DNA of 64,000 nucleotides from Okamejei kenojei (GCA_035221665.1 CM069134.1:23064001-23128000); one strand, 5' to 3'; positions 11,306 through 25,422 are shown, counted from the stretch's first letter. Translations and numbers: made by a program. Notes: generated by a model from the letters alone, not told the origin.

Positions 11306-12392
11306 TCTTCTTGGTTCTCTCCATGTAAGCGCTGCCAAGGGGCACGGAAGTTGGGTCGGCTTTCTGAACAATTTTGCTGTTCGCTTTTCCTCTTAGTTCC
11401 ACTCCACAAAATTGGCCAGTGGGTACAGTGATGAAAATCAGGCCAAAATTCTGCAAATGGTGGCCTGTGGTCCTTCATTTTGTAACTCCATGTTTTTGGG
11501 CCTCAGTCTCAAACTAGTTAGTGTTGGATTATGTACATGGACTGAAATAGAACAGGAAAGCTGACTCACATCTCACATGGAAATGTTTAACAAACCTAGC
11601 CAGAACTATCTCAACCTGTTTTTGATAAAATTAAATTTGTTTGAATTAAGAGACTGTTATTTTGCTAGAACGGATAGTGGGTTTTTGTACATGATGAGGA
11701 TCCATAAACACCAACGAGATAAATGGATGGTTGTTTTGTTTGGGTGGGGTGGATTTAAAGTTATCCTGTGCTATATTTGCTACCGGGAGATCTATATAAA
11801 GCTCATTTCAATGACTGGAACAAGCATTTGTGGCTTTGATGTAATATTTCTGCTAAAGGACAATTCTTCAAATAATAGAGTACTCCCATTGTGCTAGATT
11901 ATCAGATTAGTGACTGCACAAATCCTGGAGAGAGGCATAAAGGCAAGATTAAGAGCGATTCAACCCAATTGATACAAGAATACCTCCAGACACAGAGAGG
12001 AGTGTGAAAACAACGCTGTACTGTAAATTGTATGCATGTAATTCTCTGTGACTGCTTAAAAATCAATACAATTTTGAAGATACAAATAAACTGAGGGCGA
12101 AGCCATGTGTCTATTACAACCTATATCTCTCAATTATTTATTTAAACAAAACGGACAATAGGAATATTAGAAATTACAGGATCATAGAAGACACTGTAAT
12201 TCACCCAAAAACCTGCGCATTGTAATTGCTCACATAATCAAATACCCACCTGCTCCTCCTGCGACCCGGCACTATGATCTATGAATTTATTCTCATAACA
12301 TCGACAAAAAGTACTGTAAATTTAATCGAGAGTAGTGCAAAATTGCAGTCATCAGGCCTCCACACATGCAAATTTGACCCCTAACATTGTTT

Positions 12393-12590
12393 AGACTTTA
12401 GAGATACAGCGTGGAAACAAGCTCCTCACCACATCCACTAGTTTTACCCTACACTCTAGGGACAATTTACAATTTTACCAAAGGCAATTTACCTACAAAC
12501 CTGTACGTCTTTGGAGTGTGGAAGGAAACCGGAGCACCCAGAGAAAACCCATGTGGTCACAGGGAGAAAGTACAAACTCCGTACAGCATC
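12393..12590 (-). mobile_element. V-SINE fragment
   Basis: ctttagagatacagcgtggaaaca tail; gtgtggaaggaaaccggagcacccagagaaaaccca V-domain. Confidence 0.75.
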
Positions 12591-13189
12591 AGTTATTGGT
12601 ACTAGACACATACCATATAACCATATAACCATATAACAATTACAGCACTTGGAGCATACATCTCTCTAAACAACAATGAATGTGTGGCACCCAATTTGTC
12701 ATATTAAGTGTCGTTTTCAATGTCACTTGCTTGAGAAAAAAACAACTCCACAATCATATTTTACTAGCATTATTTCTCACAAACCATATTATTTAAAGGC
12801 CAAATCCCCAAACTGAATTGTTTGCCTGGCTGCTCCATGGCACTCTGTAGCCTCAATGTTTATTCCACATTCTGCTCGCTCTTTAAAACTATCTTCCTTT
12901 CACCCTCAGCAACAATTATGCCCTCAAAACTAATCTCCAAAGAGGGTTTACAAATTAACATTTCTCATGCTCAATGGTATGGAGGAGGATCATAGATGAC
13001 AGAGGCAACCATGGAAATAGCATGAGAGGGAAGGCATAAGGTCCTTTAATCCACCCAAAAGTTGTAAGGAAACTAACTCATAGCTGGATCATACTAAGGA
13101 GCATCATCAATGCAGGCTACACTTCATAAACAGAGCCCTCAAAACTAATTGCCACATGCCACAACTTCAAATACTGGTTCATCCATAAT

Positions 13190-13690
13190 GTCGTAGAAAC
13201 AGGATCTTCAGCCCACCTTTTCCATGCCGACCAACATGCCTGCTTTTGACCAATATCACTCTGAACTATTCCTGTCTATAAACCTATCCAAGTGTCTTTT
13301 AAATGCTTTCATGATACCTGCCTCAACTACTTTGCCTGGCAGCTCGTTCTATATACTCACAACCCTCTGTGTGAAAATGTTGCCCCTCAAGTTCCTATTA
13401 AAACTTTCTCCTCTCACCTTAAAACTATGACCACTAGTCTTAATTCCTCTGCCGGGGGTAAAAGACTGCACATTCCATCTATTCCCCTTATGATTTTATA
13501 AACACCTTGATAATATTGTTCCTCAGTCTCTTGCGCTCCAAGGAATAAACCCTAGCCTGCCTATCCTTCTCTGGTAACTCAGGCTTGTGAATCTTGGCAA
13601 CATCCTCATAATCGTCCCTGCACAATTTCCAGCTTAATGACATCCTTCCTGTAGCATGGTGACCAAACTGCACACAATACTCCATGTTGC
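13190..13690 (-). mobile_element. CR1/HER1 LINE 3' fragment
   Basis: MEYCVQF.. remnant; ggcagctcgttc..caaccctctgtgtgaaaa. Confidence 0.75.
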
Positions 13691-13786
13691 AGTCCTTTCA
13701 CAGCTCATCAAAATCACAGGCATTTTCCATTTCCTGACACTAGGGTCATCCTGTCTTGCTGCCACTAATCTGGCGCATGTCACTAA

Positions 13787-14256
13787 AGGGCCTGTCCCAC
13801 TTGCATGCGATTGCATGCATTTGGCGCGACCAAACGGAAGCGGAGTTCGCGCTAAGTTCGCGCGTGACGTCATTCGTGTCATGCTCACCAATCAGCTGGG
13901 CAGGAGGCCGACTGAATTTGGGCATCGCACGGCGTTGGGCGGTGACGTCATCACGCAACGACACGCCGGGCGGTGACGTCATCGTGCGACGCCACGCGCT
14001 AGGCATACGCCGTCAAGACGCTGCGTACGCCCGTACTGCGCCTGTGGGCCGACAGTCCGTTGGCGTGCAAAATTTTCAGACAGTGCAGGGTTTTCGGAGC
14101 CCCGTGCGATGTAGGGACCAGCCCCGCACAACTCCATACGTCTCCGCGCTTCTAAGTGGTACCGGCCTCACGCGGCCATACGGTGCCCGTACGCCTCAAG
14201 CGACCACGTTTGGTCGTGCCAGACGCATGCAATCGCATGCAAGTGGGACAAGCCCT
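13787..14256. mobile_element. PIF/Harbinger-type MITE, 470 bp
   Basis: About 50-bp TIR agggcctgtcccacttgcatgcgattgcatgc ... gcatgcaatcgcatgcaagtgggacaagccct with TAA target duplication on both sides. Confidence 0.85.
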
Positions 14257-14449
14257 TAAGTTTATTTTTCTCATTGAGATGGTCACCCAAGGAGAGAAGA
14301 CTTTGGCTGACAAAAGCAGGCGGAGTGGGCAAGGGAATTTTCTCCTATTGTAGACCACAAGACATAAGACCTTTGGCCGTAAACGTTGCCTAATTCCTTC
14401 GCTCCATAGATGCTGCCACACCCGCTGAGTTTCTCCAGCAATTTTGTCT

Positions 14450-14782
14450 ACCATAAGACCTTAAGACAAAGGAGCAGAATTAGGACATTTGGTCCATCGA
14501 GTCTGCTTCACCATTCGACCATGGCTAATCTATTTCCTTTTCAACCACATTCTCCTGCCTTCTACCCATAAAACGTTGATGCCCTTACCAATCAAGAACC
14601 TATCAATTGCTGTCATAAAAATACCCAATGACTTTGCCTCCACCATCATCTGTGGCAATTAATTCCATAGATTCACCACCCTCTGGCTAAAGAAATCCCA
14701 CCTCATCTCCAGTCTGAAGGCACATCCTTTTATTCTGAAGCTGTGCCTTCTGGTCCTAGTTTCTCCCACTACAGGAAACATA
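14450..14782 (-). mobile_element. CR1 LINE 3' fragment
   Basis: ggagcagaattaggacatttggtccatcgag.. atctgtggcaattaattccatagattcaccaccctctggctaa. Confidence 0.75.
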
Positions 14783-15540
14783 CAGAGTTCCCCAAAACGC
14801 AAGCATGCATGGACAGGCCTCATTGGGTATTACTCCTTCCTTGAGCCGTGGCCCTGGAGTGTCTCCATGGTCCCCTAGAACAGAGAATATCTCTGTTGTA
14901 ACAAACATTCTCCATCATCCGGTCCTGATCGTTCCCTGAGGCCTGGGAGCTCTATCCTTCCCCTCCTGCACCCAATATTCATGAAGGAGCTTCATTCTCC
15001 AGCATTTGAAGGAGTGCTGCTCATGTTCTTCACGTGTCTCTATAATGGCAGGTTTCCATTGTCACAGCTGAAGGGCTAAGCAATGACTTTGAATAACATG
15101 CTCTGAAACCGAAACAGTTCCTCACTACATCAGGAAACACAAAGATGTTGGGGAACCTCTATGCAAGTTTACAATTTGAATGCTACTTAAAAAGGTGTTA
15201 GTGGCCACACAACTCTGTTTAATGCACAAGGAGTTTCTACCATAACCTGTCCATGCCCTTTAATACAGCCACTTTCACATTTTCATCAGGTAGTTAAATC
15301 TAAACTAGATTTGAACCACCTTCCAAATGTTCCCATCACAAGCTGACTCCTCTCCAGAGCAAATTCCAAGTTCACCAACTGTCTCCAAAAACACGAGTGT
15401 TTTTTGGATCTATTTGGCAGTATATTCAGTAATTATCACAAGTTTCTTCTCCGCTTTGCTCTGAGTATTCACTTTCACTTTTCATTCTTACTACATATAA
15501 CATCTGCTTTAAATATTTACCCATAGCTTGCAATATATTT

Positions 15541-15748
15541 TAGAACATAGAAGAGTACAGCGCAGGAACAGGCCCTTCGGCCCACAATGTCTGAGCTGAA
15601 AATGGTGCAACGACCAACTCTTATCTGCCTGTATATTTAATCCATATCTATTCCCTGCATATCCATGTGCCCATCCAGAAGTCTCTTACATGAACTACTG
15701 TACAAGCCTCTGCCATTCCAGTGCCTTCCAGGCACCCACCACCCTCTG
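15541..15748 (-). mobile_element. CR1 LINE 3' end
   Basis: tagaacatagaa tail, gtacagcgcaggaacaggcccttcggccc. Confidence 0.75.
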
Positions 15749-16640
15749 TATAGAGGAAGTAGAGGAGGGGGCTCAGCACACCGCCTTGTGGAGCTCCTGT
15801 GCTGAGTGTCAGAGTGGGGGATTGATGGGGTCCCATCCTGACTAACTGCGGCCGGTCCGTAAGGAAGTCCTTAATCCATAGGCAGATGTTGTGTTCGAAG
15901 ACGAGGTCGGACAGCTTGGAGACCAGTCTACTGGGTACGATTGTGTTGAATGCAGAGCTGTAATCCACAAATAGCAGTCGTGCGAATGCTCCCCTACGTT
16001 CTAGGTGGAGCAGTACAGTATGGAGGGCAGTGGCAATGGCATCGTCTGTTGATCTGTTTGCTCTGTACGCATATTGGTGTGGATCCAGGGTTGTTGGGAG
16101 AGCGGCCTTGATGTGCTTAAGGACCAATCTCTCCAGGCACTTCATAATTATTGGTGTTATGCAACCGGCCTATAGTCGTTGAGGCAGGTTATGGCTGTCT
16201 GCTTCGGAACTGGTACTATTTGTAGCCATGTGGGGACCATGCATTGTGCCAGGGATTGATTGAATATTTTTGTAAATACGTCAGTTAACTCATCAGCACA
16301 GTCTCTGAGAACCTGTCCTGGGACTCCGTCCGGAGCGGCTGCCTTCCGTATGTTAACATTCTGGAATGTGTGTGTGACATCTGCAGTCCGTATGATGAGT
16401 GTCTGGGTGTTGGGTGGTGGAGTTAGAGTAGTGGGCATGACCGTCTCTCTCCTCTCATGGCGGCCAAAGATGTTCTGCCAGAGAAGCACTGTTGCTGGTG
16501 GATGAGCTGGCATTGTTTTTGTACTTGGTGATGTGCCATATACCTTGCCATATGCGACGGGAGTCTGAGTTGTTGAAGTAACCCTCGATCCTTCGCTTAT
16601 AGGCTGCTTTGGCCCTTCAGGTCAGACCTGGTCGCACTAT
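15745..16640 (-). pseudogene. Reverse transcriptase fragment of a Rex1/Babar-like LINE
   Basis: AAAPDGVPG..LNDYRPVA*TPIIMKCLERLV..LDPHQYAYRANRSTDDAI..LFVDYSSAFNTI..GAPQGGVLSPLLYFLYT; in-frame stop, truncated before the catalytic YADD. Confidence 0.85.
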
Positions 16641-17164
16641 ACAGCTCTGTGTAGCCGGACCAAAATGTCATATTGCGGGCTTATCAAAGGAGTCGGACGC
16701 CTTTGGTCATCCATGGTTTTGTCTACACAGCTTTCCGTGAAAAAAGGTACAGTGGAGGTGTAGGTGTCAATCTTAGAAGGCACTAACCAACCTTCTAAGA
16801 TTGCGAAAGTTATTCCAGAATACAAGTGTAACTTTTTATATTTTCAAACAATATTGAGGTTCTCAGTACTACGGATTTTAATTGGACGGGAAAATAATTT
16901 TCCCAAAGGCTTATGCTTCTTGCCATCCAAGTTATTATCCAAGCCATGTTTAGGTTTAAATACACAATACCCTATCATCATTTTTAAGAGTAGCACATGT
17001 TTAAGTCTAAGCCATACCATTGTAATTCTTCGAACTAATCAAGGCATAATCTCGTAATTTATGAATAAACTCACGGGTTTTTCCTGAACTGGACACAAAT
17101 AATAATAATAATAATCCATTTTGGAGGAGTAAATATATTCAGGGGAATATTTGCTGGATTGATT

Positions 17165-17456
17165 GAAAGATACAGCATGGGAACAGGCCCTTCGGTCCAC
17201 CAAGACCACAGGGACCCATTTGCACTATTTCTATGTTTTCTCACTTTCGCATCCACTCCCTACATAGTGGGGTCCATTTACAGAAGCCAATTGACCCACA
17301 AGCCCACATGTCTTTAGGATGTGTGGGGAGAAGGTACCCAGAGGAAACCCACCCAATCACAGAGAGAACGTGCAAACCACACAGAGAGCACCTGAGGTCA
17401 GGATCGAACCCGGGTCTCTGGTGCTGTGAGGCAGCAGCTCTACCAGCTGTGCCACT
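17165..17456 (-). mobile_element. V-SINE (HE1-like)
   Basis: Tail gatacagcatgggaacaggcccttcgg; V-domain; head ggatcgaacccgggtctctgg. Confidence 0.78.
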
Positions 17457-19157
17457 ATTAACCCAGATATCAGGCCATTAGTATGTTCTGCAATTCAATT
17501 ATGAATTATAATTAACTTTTTCACTCAAGTTCCCAAACAGAGTCGAACAGGAGTCCAAAAAGACCCCAAATTGTCTCAGGTACCCTTTATGCAATGAATT
17601 TGTCAGGATATAGAAAGCAAATACAAACCTAACCTACTGCAGATAATCTCTGCTATTTTAGTTAGCTTTATTTTACCCTCATTTCGATTAAAACTCACTA
17701 TACTTACAGCAACTGTTTATTGTGTCCAGATTCCTTTCATTGCTATTACATTTTTCGCACTGGTCAGTTTGCATCACTGTTGATATAGCTGGTAAGTGTG
17801 ATAATATTTCTGCATGTAGCCTTTCCATAAACAGCTGGGGACCAGGAGAACCTCACACAGGAGTCCATACATCAGCGACCTCAAAGTGGAGGCTTTCCAT
17901 CACCTTTAGCTTCCTTTTGGTGCATTTTAAATCAGTTAGTTAATTTGTCATTAATGCCCTCAGACTAGAAATTTCCTCCGAGCTGCTCCTGGGGTTTCTG
18001 CAAAGTTAAAACACAAGAGTGGGAACAGCTGCAAGGAAATTCCCAGTCCTAATCTTGGCCAACAGCTTTAGATGTGGAACATTATGAAATTCTTTCTTAA
18101 AATCCAATTATCTTAATAATGCATACCATCTAAATTAGTTAATTCCTTATAGGATAGTGGACCTGTTGCTTTTAATTTAAGTTGACTATTCATGATGACC
18201 CGTCATTGACAGTGTTCATATGATGCTTCGCAATGGTCATTCTTTAACAACGCTTGACCAGGCAACTACGCTTCATGCCAACTTTTAAAAATATGGCGCA
18301 TATATTGCCGATATTTACAAAACGTTTTAAAATTCCAACTTATTTGAGGATTTTAAAAAGTATCGTGTTGGTTTGTGGAGTCCAGCAACATTTCACATTT
18401 AGTGCATTTCCAAAACATTGCCCTTTCAATACTGCACTACAAGTCAACCAAGCATGTGCCGAGGTCTTTTGGAAGGGGACTCTAACTCATAAACCTCTGG
18501 CAGAGGCAATTATGCAGCCACTGAGACAAGAGCAACACCGAAAGTATTCACACCACATATCTGTTTACTCTTGTTCCTCCAATTAGTCTTCTATATAAAT
18601 AGTTTCTTTAGAAATCCATTTCATCTTCAAAGTAGGTTTCCATCTCCACAGCTAAAATATTTCATTTAAACAGTGTTGCTGAAGTCTATGTTCCTTTTTT
18701 AAAAAAATAATCTTTTACTTCCTTGTGAAGCTAGTGTTCATGAATTTATATTTACTGCTATTTTTATACAATTGTGTTCAACACCCAGATAGCTTTTGAC
18801 TTGCTGCACCACCATTACCTCTTGTGCCGTTCTCCTTTGGCCATGTTCTCCTTTAAAACTTGCTTTTCTCACAATCATTTTCTTGAAATACTATATAGCA
18901 TATAGAGATCAGAAATGTTTATTCTTAATGCACTGGGTTTATACTTTTGCTTCAAAGTAGGGAAACGTGGAACTTTCTGCGAACTGGCAGTTAGTCAGCA
19001 ATTATTATACAAAGTAAATCATGATAGAATTACATCGTGTTCTGTGAGAGGCAATACGTTCCCTGCTGGCGGAGTTGTATTTTAAAATGTGGATTGATTT
19101 TAATGTCCAGTTCTGAGGGAAAGGCCGGTTTATTGAGGTAGATTTTAAAGTGCTTAC

Positions 19158-19358
19158 GGTTGTGAGTAGCTTCTCCACACAGTCAGGTGTCACGCTGTGC
19201 AAGTGGGTCAGGTGGAGCTGGAGATGTATCTTGTTGCTGAGAACATCCTGACAGAGAGGGCAGCAGATGACGGGCTGCATGGAATGCTGGGACATGACAT
19301 GCATCTGGATCCTGTTTGCATCCTTACTGTTATAATTACAGTAAGGGCACTGGTAAAG
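19158..19358 (-). CDS. ZFHX4: ZFHX4 internal exon (201 bp) with two C2H2 fingers
   Basis: ttttgatttcag|CTT..ACC|gtaagc; [67 protein letters not shown]. Confidence 0.95.
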
Positions 19359-19880
19359 CTGAAATCAAAAAGCATTTAATACAATTTATATTAAAAACCG
19401 GTGGTACATAACAGGAAAACCTACTGTGCTCTGCATTTTTTTAAAGTAAGATGTGCATATAATTTCATTCTGTAGAGAGATAGACCAGCACATTCATAAA
19501 ACATGAACTCAAATTGAATTCAATGTTTCTTCCTTCATTTCAACAGGGCCAGTAGCGCACTGATAAAAGAAAATAGCTCATCAAATTGAATGAAGTGTAT
19601 TTCTTTCAAATTGTCTTTGCATTGTGAAAAATTGGATTCACATGTAGTCTGCCATTTTGCAATACTTTGAAATGAGCCTGTTTTCAATGCAACAATTTTT
19701 GGCATCCATTTCAAAAATTAAGACAAATTCCATTTAACTAATTACTGAAACTGAAGGATTGACATCAACTTATGGCGAGGGCAAAATGTCATCATTGTCA
19801 GGGTACCTTGATCTGATAATTTGCTGAAGTGATTGCAAAGAATAATAAGCAAAGCTTAAAAAAAACATTTTGTTTCTTAC

Positions 19881-20014
19881 CTGCTCCTGATTTTGTTTAC
19901 TGTTACCAGATGAACGAGGTCTCTTGGAAGGAAAGTCTTCATCTCCCCCATGCGGCAGCAACCGTTTTTCCACCAAAGGGCTTTCTTGAGATTCTGAATA
20001 TATCACATTAGTTC
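19881..20014 (-). CDS. ZFHX4: ZFHX4 internal exon (134 bp)
   Basis: ttctcttcgcag|GA..CAG|gtaaga; TNVIYSESQESPLVEKRLLPHGGDEDFPSKRPRSSGNSKQNQEQ; phases 1/0 fit. Confidence 0.88.
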
Positions 20015-21565
20015 CTGCGAAGAGAATATAAATTTATCTGCATGCAAAGACATGAACAAATCAACAAAAGGAAATCAAAGAACTTCTATGTAATTATCCA
20101 TGAGATTTACTTCTGAATACTGGTGGAAAGACCATTTAGACTTAGCTTGTCATTTAAAAGGACGCACTTGCAAATGATTTCCATTCCTACAAAGAAACAC
20201 TCAGAATTTAAGATTTTTAAATGAAAGTGAAAGTTCTATTAACACAAAGCAGAATGATGGCATATTCAGTTTGCTACTCATCTTGAAACAGGAAGAAACA
20301 ACAACAAAATACAATGGTTAAAATGGTTTGTTTCTCTCGGATGAACGACACTTTGTCTTTAATCTATATTTATTATATTTATTCGGTCTCAACTCTATCA
20401 GTAACTCATTTGTATGTAGATAATAGATCATAAACACGTCCACATGGATGAAAAGAACAACCCCGAATTTGTCACTTGTTTACTGGGTTCTCATCCAGAA
20501 AGATATCACCTTATAGTCAACAATATGATTCTAGTAATTCAGACCATTACTGCACTTGATTCCTTGCTTTGATAGTGTGTTTAAAATAAAACCTTCCTTC
20601 CAAGTCTGTTTTGTTTCTATAGCCTCAAAAACAGAGATGTACTCTTCAGTTCAAGAAAACTGCACTCAACTAAAATAATGGGAAACGTGCAGATATTTTT
20701 GTGCCAATTTGAAAAAAAAAAATCCATTAGCCAATATCGTTTTTATACACATGGAGCAAGGGATTATGCAACAATATGAAATAGAATTTCAACCAACCAA
20801 AAAATTATTCTTGTTTCAGTAAATTTAAACAAAAATTGCAAACCAGGCCAACTTGATAAATCTAATAATTACTTCTTGGCTGTTTAGATAACCTCTTGCT
20901 AGCTTGAAAGATTAATCAATATTAGTCTTTGACCAGCTCAGCAGTCTGGATTCCAATCTGCTTCAGTTCACAACACTACATTTGACAAAAAGATCTGCCT
21001 ATGTAAACATTAACTGCGTTTTACGTGCTAAACAGAATTATATGTGTATGTCTGCTGTGCATTCCTACATCATTATTGATGGTCTTTTTTTTAGCTACAG
21101 TAATGAATGCCACTCTATTTCACTCAAATGAGATTTAAGCCAAATTTACTCTACCTGTGATACAAACATTTGGAATAAAAGTCAAGCCAACTAACTGCAC
21201 ATTCCCCAAAAAATGCAGACACGTCAGAGACAAGGGTACAGTGCTGATTTCCCAGTGTATCACTGTATTCTTTCAACAACAAATTACCAGATAATCTTTT
21301 ACTCCAGTTGGATATTACACTGCTGTTGGGTAGGCATGTCACATACATCTCATGGCAAACAGAAAACCTAATTTACCAGCCTTTCCAATCTCATCCCTGC
21401 TCAGCACCATCTGACATTTTTCAGCTGTTTATTATAAGCACCTCTAATTTTAACTTTCAATTTTCGCCATCTTCCAGTCAATTTGAAACTAAATTATCTT
21501 GAAATTGACGATAGCATCACTGGACAATGCCGTAAAAATATATCTTATAATGCAATGAAGATGGG

Positions 21566-21792
21566 NNNNNNNNNNNNNNNNNNNNNNNNNNNNNNNNNNN
21601 NNNNNNNNNNNNNNNNNNNNNNNNNNNNNNNNNNNNNNNNNNNNNNNNNNNNNNNNNNNNNNNNNNNNNNNNNNNNNNNNNNNNNNNNNNNNNNNNNNNN
21701 NNNNNNNNNNNNNNNNNNNNNNNNNNNNNNNNNNNNNNNNNNNNNNNNNNNNNNNNNNNNNNNNNNNNNNNNNNNNNNNNNNNNNNNNNNNN
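21566..21792. other. Assembly gap (227 N)
   Basis: Direct reading. Confidence 0.99.
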
Positions 21793-24700
21793 GTAAATTA
21801 TTTAAATGAAACATGGGAGCAAAACTATTATAAATGGATGACAGTATGCAAATTCTAATATATGCAATTTCTATTACATGCTCTTAGAACTGTCTTCATG
21901 ACAAGAGCTATCGTTAGTGGAAAAATTTGGACATTTGTCTGCAGACAAATACTTTTTACCTCATAAACGGTATATTTTGACAAGCAAGTTCTTAAGCAGC
22001 ACATATTACATTTATGGCTGACATTTAATTTTTATTAACATTATGTTTAATACTCAGCTCTGGAGCTTGCTGTCACATTCCTTAACATAAAATTGTTTCT
22101 GCTTATGTATGTATTCTGACCTCATTTTATTTTCACCTATAAAATAAAGCACTATTCTAAGTAGCTGCCACACAATATTTCTCAGAATGACACAGATTTT
22201 TTAAGATCCCAGGAGCTTGGTCAATTACAACAAAACACAATGCGGTGTGTGATATTTGCTCGGCACAAATCTAGTCGACAAGTCAGACAATTAACCTGGC
22301 TGTTGATTGCAGGTGTCGGAGAGATTTGATTTTCAAGAATCATCCTGACATTGCTTATCAACGTGAAAATAATATGGCACTATTAACATAGAATAATCTA
22401 GTTAGTATACTGTTCAAATTATTGCCTAGTGGTTGCAAATTAAATGCATTCCTCTATTATGCCTCCTATCCAAATGCTTAAAATTATTAAATAAATGTTT
22501 TAGCTTGTGTCTAGGTCTCAGCCATCATTTTTGTGGAATGTTTTTGTTGTTAGTAATAATTAGTACTAAATTATCCACATGCAATAAAAGTGTAAGGAAT
22601 GAAAAAAACAGTATGATCTTACATAATATGTAAAAATGCATTTGATCGATTCCAAACGTTAATAATCTTACTGTTAACAAGAAATGAAAAGGACTCAAAA
22701 TAAGAGAAACAAAATAGCACGTTTAAATGGCAAAAAGAGAAAATAAAGACAAGGAAGCACAATTCTGGAGACCAATCAACTGTCTTAAAAAGCACTGAAG
22801 ATGCCAAATAGTGGTTCTGAAATGTTGGCTACTTGCATTCAGTGAAATCATTAATATTGTCCTTGACATATTCTTAAAAAAAATATTGAAGATCGCATAT
22901 TTGTACTAATTTGTAATTCTAAACAGGTTACTGACACAATCAGGAATTATAGTAAACCTATTTTACGTGCAGTTGGCAGTGTAATGTAGATGGGTACAGG
23001 CATGTTTATGTTCAATCCTATGTAACCATGAGAATTAACTATGCAATAAATGTCCCAAAAAATGAATTTAGAGTTTTGCCAATTTCAATGTTTGGTATTG
23101 GTTAAGTCAGGGAAGAAGTGGAGAACATATTAATAACACATTTACAGATCACCTACTTCATATTTGTAACTTACTAAGTTATTATTTGTATGCTACATCT
23201 TTGAGATTCAAAAATAGGAATAGATTCTTGTGTATTCAACAATATGAATATAGGGCTGCAACAATAACAATCTGTATTTTTCTACTGGTGAATGTAAATT
23301 CCACAGATTTTCTGATTCGGAGGACTATTCTTAATCTGCAGGATTAAGTAGTACAATTTCTAAAATTAAAAACTTAGCTCAATATTATTTTTGTCCTATA
23401 TGTGCAGTTGAGCCCTAACTGAGTTAATCGGCTTCAAACATTGGAAATGACTAGAGTTGAATGAAAAATAAAACAATAGCAGAAATAGTGCTTTTCCATT
23501 ACATTTTACATCTCTTGTCATTGACGTGAAATACAGAGATTAAAAAGTAGGTTAACCATTACTGACCCTTAGTTCAAATGGCAACATTTAAATGTCAAAC
23601 TAAGTCATGCATCAAGCCCTAAGCTCAAACTTTGCACTAATATGCCTATGGTTGAATAAGAATACATTTTGCAGCAATATTCTGATTAACTAAAAGAAAA
23701 AGCTTTAAAAATCAAATTGTAAATTATGATACTTGATGTTTTGATTATTTCAATGCACTTATCAGGAATTAAGTTTTCATTGCTTAGCAAATTTTAATAT
23801 TATATTAAAACAATAAAAATAAATTAGTCATTGTGATTAAGGAAAGTTTGCTTATAAATGAAGATACATCCATGGTAATATTACTTGAAATAATGAAGGT
23901 TGATTTACATCTTACTTGTGTTTACTGTATTATTAAAACTGTTTCTTTTACTATGTCAGAGACACATTACACTTATGCAATGAAGAACTAATATGGAGTT
24001 TATCCAGATTAATACATTTGCATAGAAAATGTAATTTTGATTATAATTAATCTAAAGTGACACTAGATTAAAATGACAATATAAATGAGATATGGGCGAG
24101 TTCTGCTTCAGCAGATGTATTTTCAGTCCAGTAAAAGCTACTTGTACTTAGGGTCTTAAATTCTGCATCCTGATTATACCTACGTACCAATTATTGAGAT
24201 AAACTAATGTATGTCACAATGCAGTCACACAAGAATTCTAATACTGAGAAAAAATGACAAGGTTTAACTATTAACTGGGCTTTATTTTCCTGGAGCTCAT
24301 ATTGCATAATCTAGAGTGATTTTGATATTATGGGAAGTGAAAATCATTTTTTTCTGATGCACCGTTAATCTGGCCAGATTTGAGCCTCTGTAGTGGTGCA
24401 AATAAGCAAAACGGCTGTAATATGCTTACTAAAATACTCCAGTAATCTTCATAAAAAATGTAGTGCTTTCTTTGTGAAAGAAAGGATATTTATTTTCACA
24501 GATTCATTGTTAGAGTCCATGCTTCTGTGTATGAAAATAAATATACACTTCAAACCAACAGTCTTTAACCTATGTCAGTGCCCTCCCTCACTACATCTGA
24601 CATTATGTGACTATGCCTAGCGTGCTGCAATGAGTGCCAACATATTAATATGACAGTGGTTTTGTCTTTGATACAAAATGTAAAAAAAAATACAAACTAA

Positions 24701-25302
24701 GAAACAACAACGGCAAATCATGCACCAAGCATTGTCTGCCAAGGAAAATATGGAAAAGACTATGCAGTATTTATACCAGATGCTGGTTTAATGCAAGATG
24801 CCATTAAAGTCAGACAATTACTGCAAAATGTATTAATGCAGAATTTATTGCACAGGTAGAGACTGCTTTGTATTACTGAAGAAAATGACTGAAGAAAAAA
24901 AGACCGAAGGCCTCTGGTCAACGATACTGATATGCCTTGGCATAATGGAAAAAATACATGATTGGTATCTAATCCTGGGCTTAAACAAAATTAATATGTC
25001 ATCAGAGGAATCACAAGTACAGCAAAGATTAATGAAAGGCGCTTAAAATTACAAGCACGCAAACTTATTTGATTAAAAAATAATCTTACTGGCCATTCTG
25101 TAATATTCTCCAACTTATCCTCATCTATCCTGTCAGATGGTTATGATTAAAAATAGGTCAGCATGAGGCTACTGATAGAAATCACATGTAAAACACACAT
25201 GTGATGAATACGATTGAGGCGGGGGGGAGGGGAACTGGGCACTTAATTTTAAGATCAAAAGAAAATTTAATATGGAAAAATGACAAAATTTACAAGTATT
25301 AC

Positions 25303-25422
25303 CAGAGTCTTTGTCAGACTTCTTGTTTTCGTTGTTGTCTTTTTCACTGGTGTCCTTGTTATCAGTAGCAGCAGCTGCAACAATGGTTTTACTAGGACCT
25401 TCAGAGTCTTCACTTTGCTCGT
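25303..25422 (-). CDS. ZFHX4: ZFHX4 internal exon (120 bp)
   Basis: ttttaattacag|AC..TCT G|gtaata; EQSEDSEGPSKTIVAAAATDNKDTSEKDNNENKKSDKDS, resembling recalled human EQSEEAEG..KDTSERDNSEGKNSNKDS; phase 1/1; not in ORF track. Confidence 0.85.

Noticed and set aside
12613-12650. (accatata)n as a CRISPR-like or regulatory array
   Set aside because: No spacers; it is the tandem 3' tail of an extremely truncated CR1/HER1 insertion. No prokaryotic features anywhere in the window.
21483-21814. ORFs with X runs
   Set aside because: Artefacts of the N gap.
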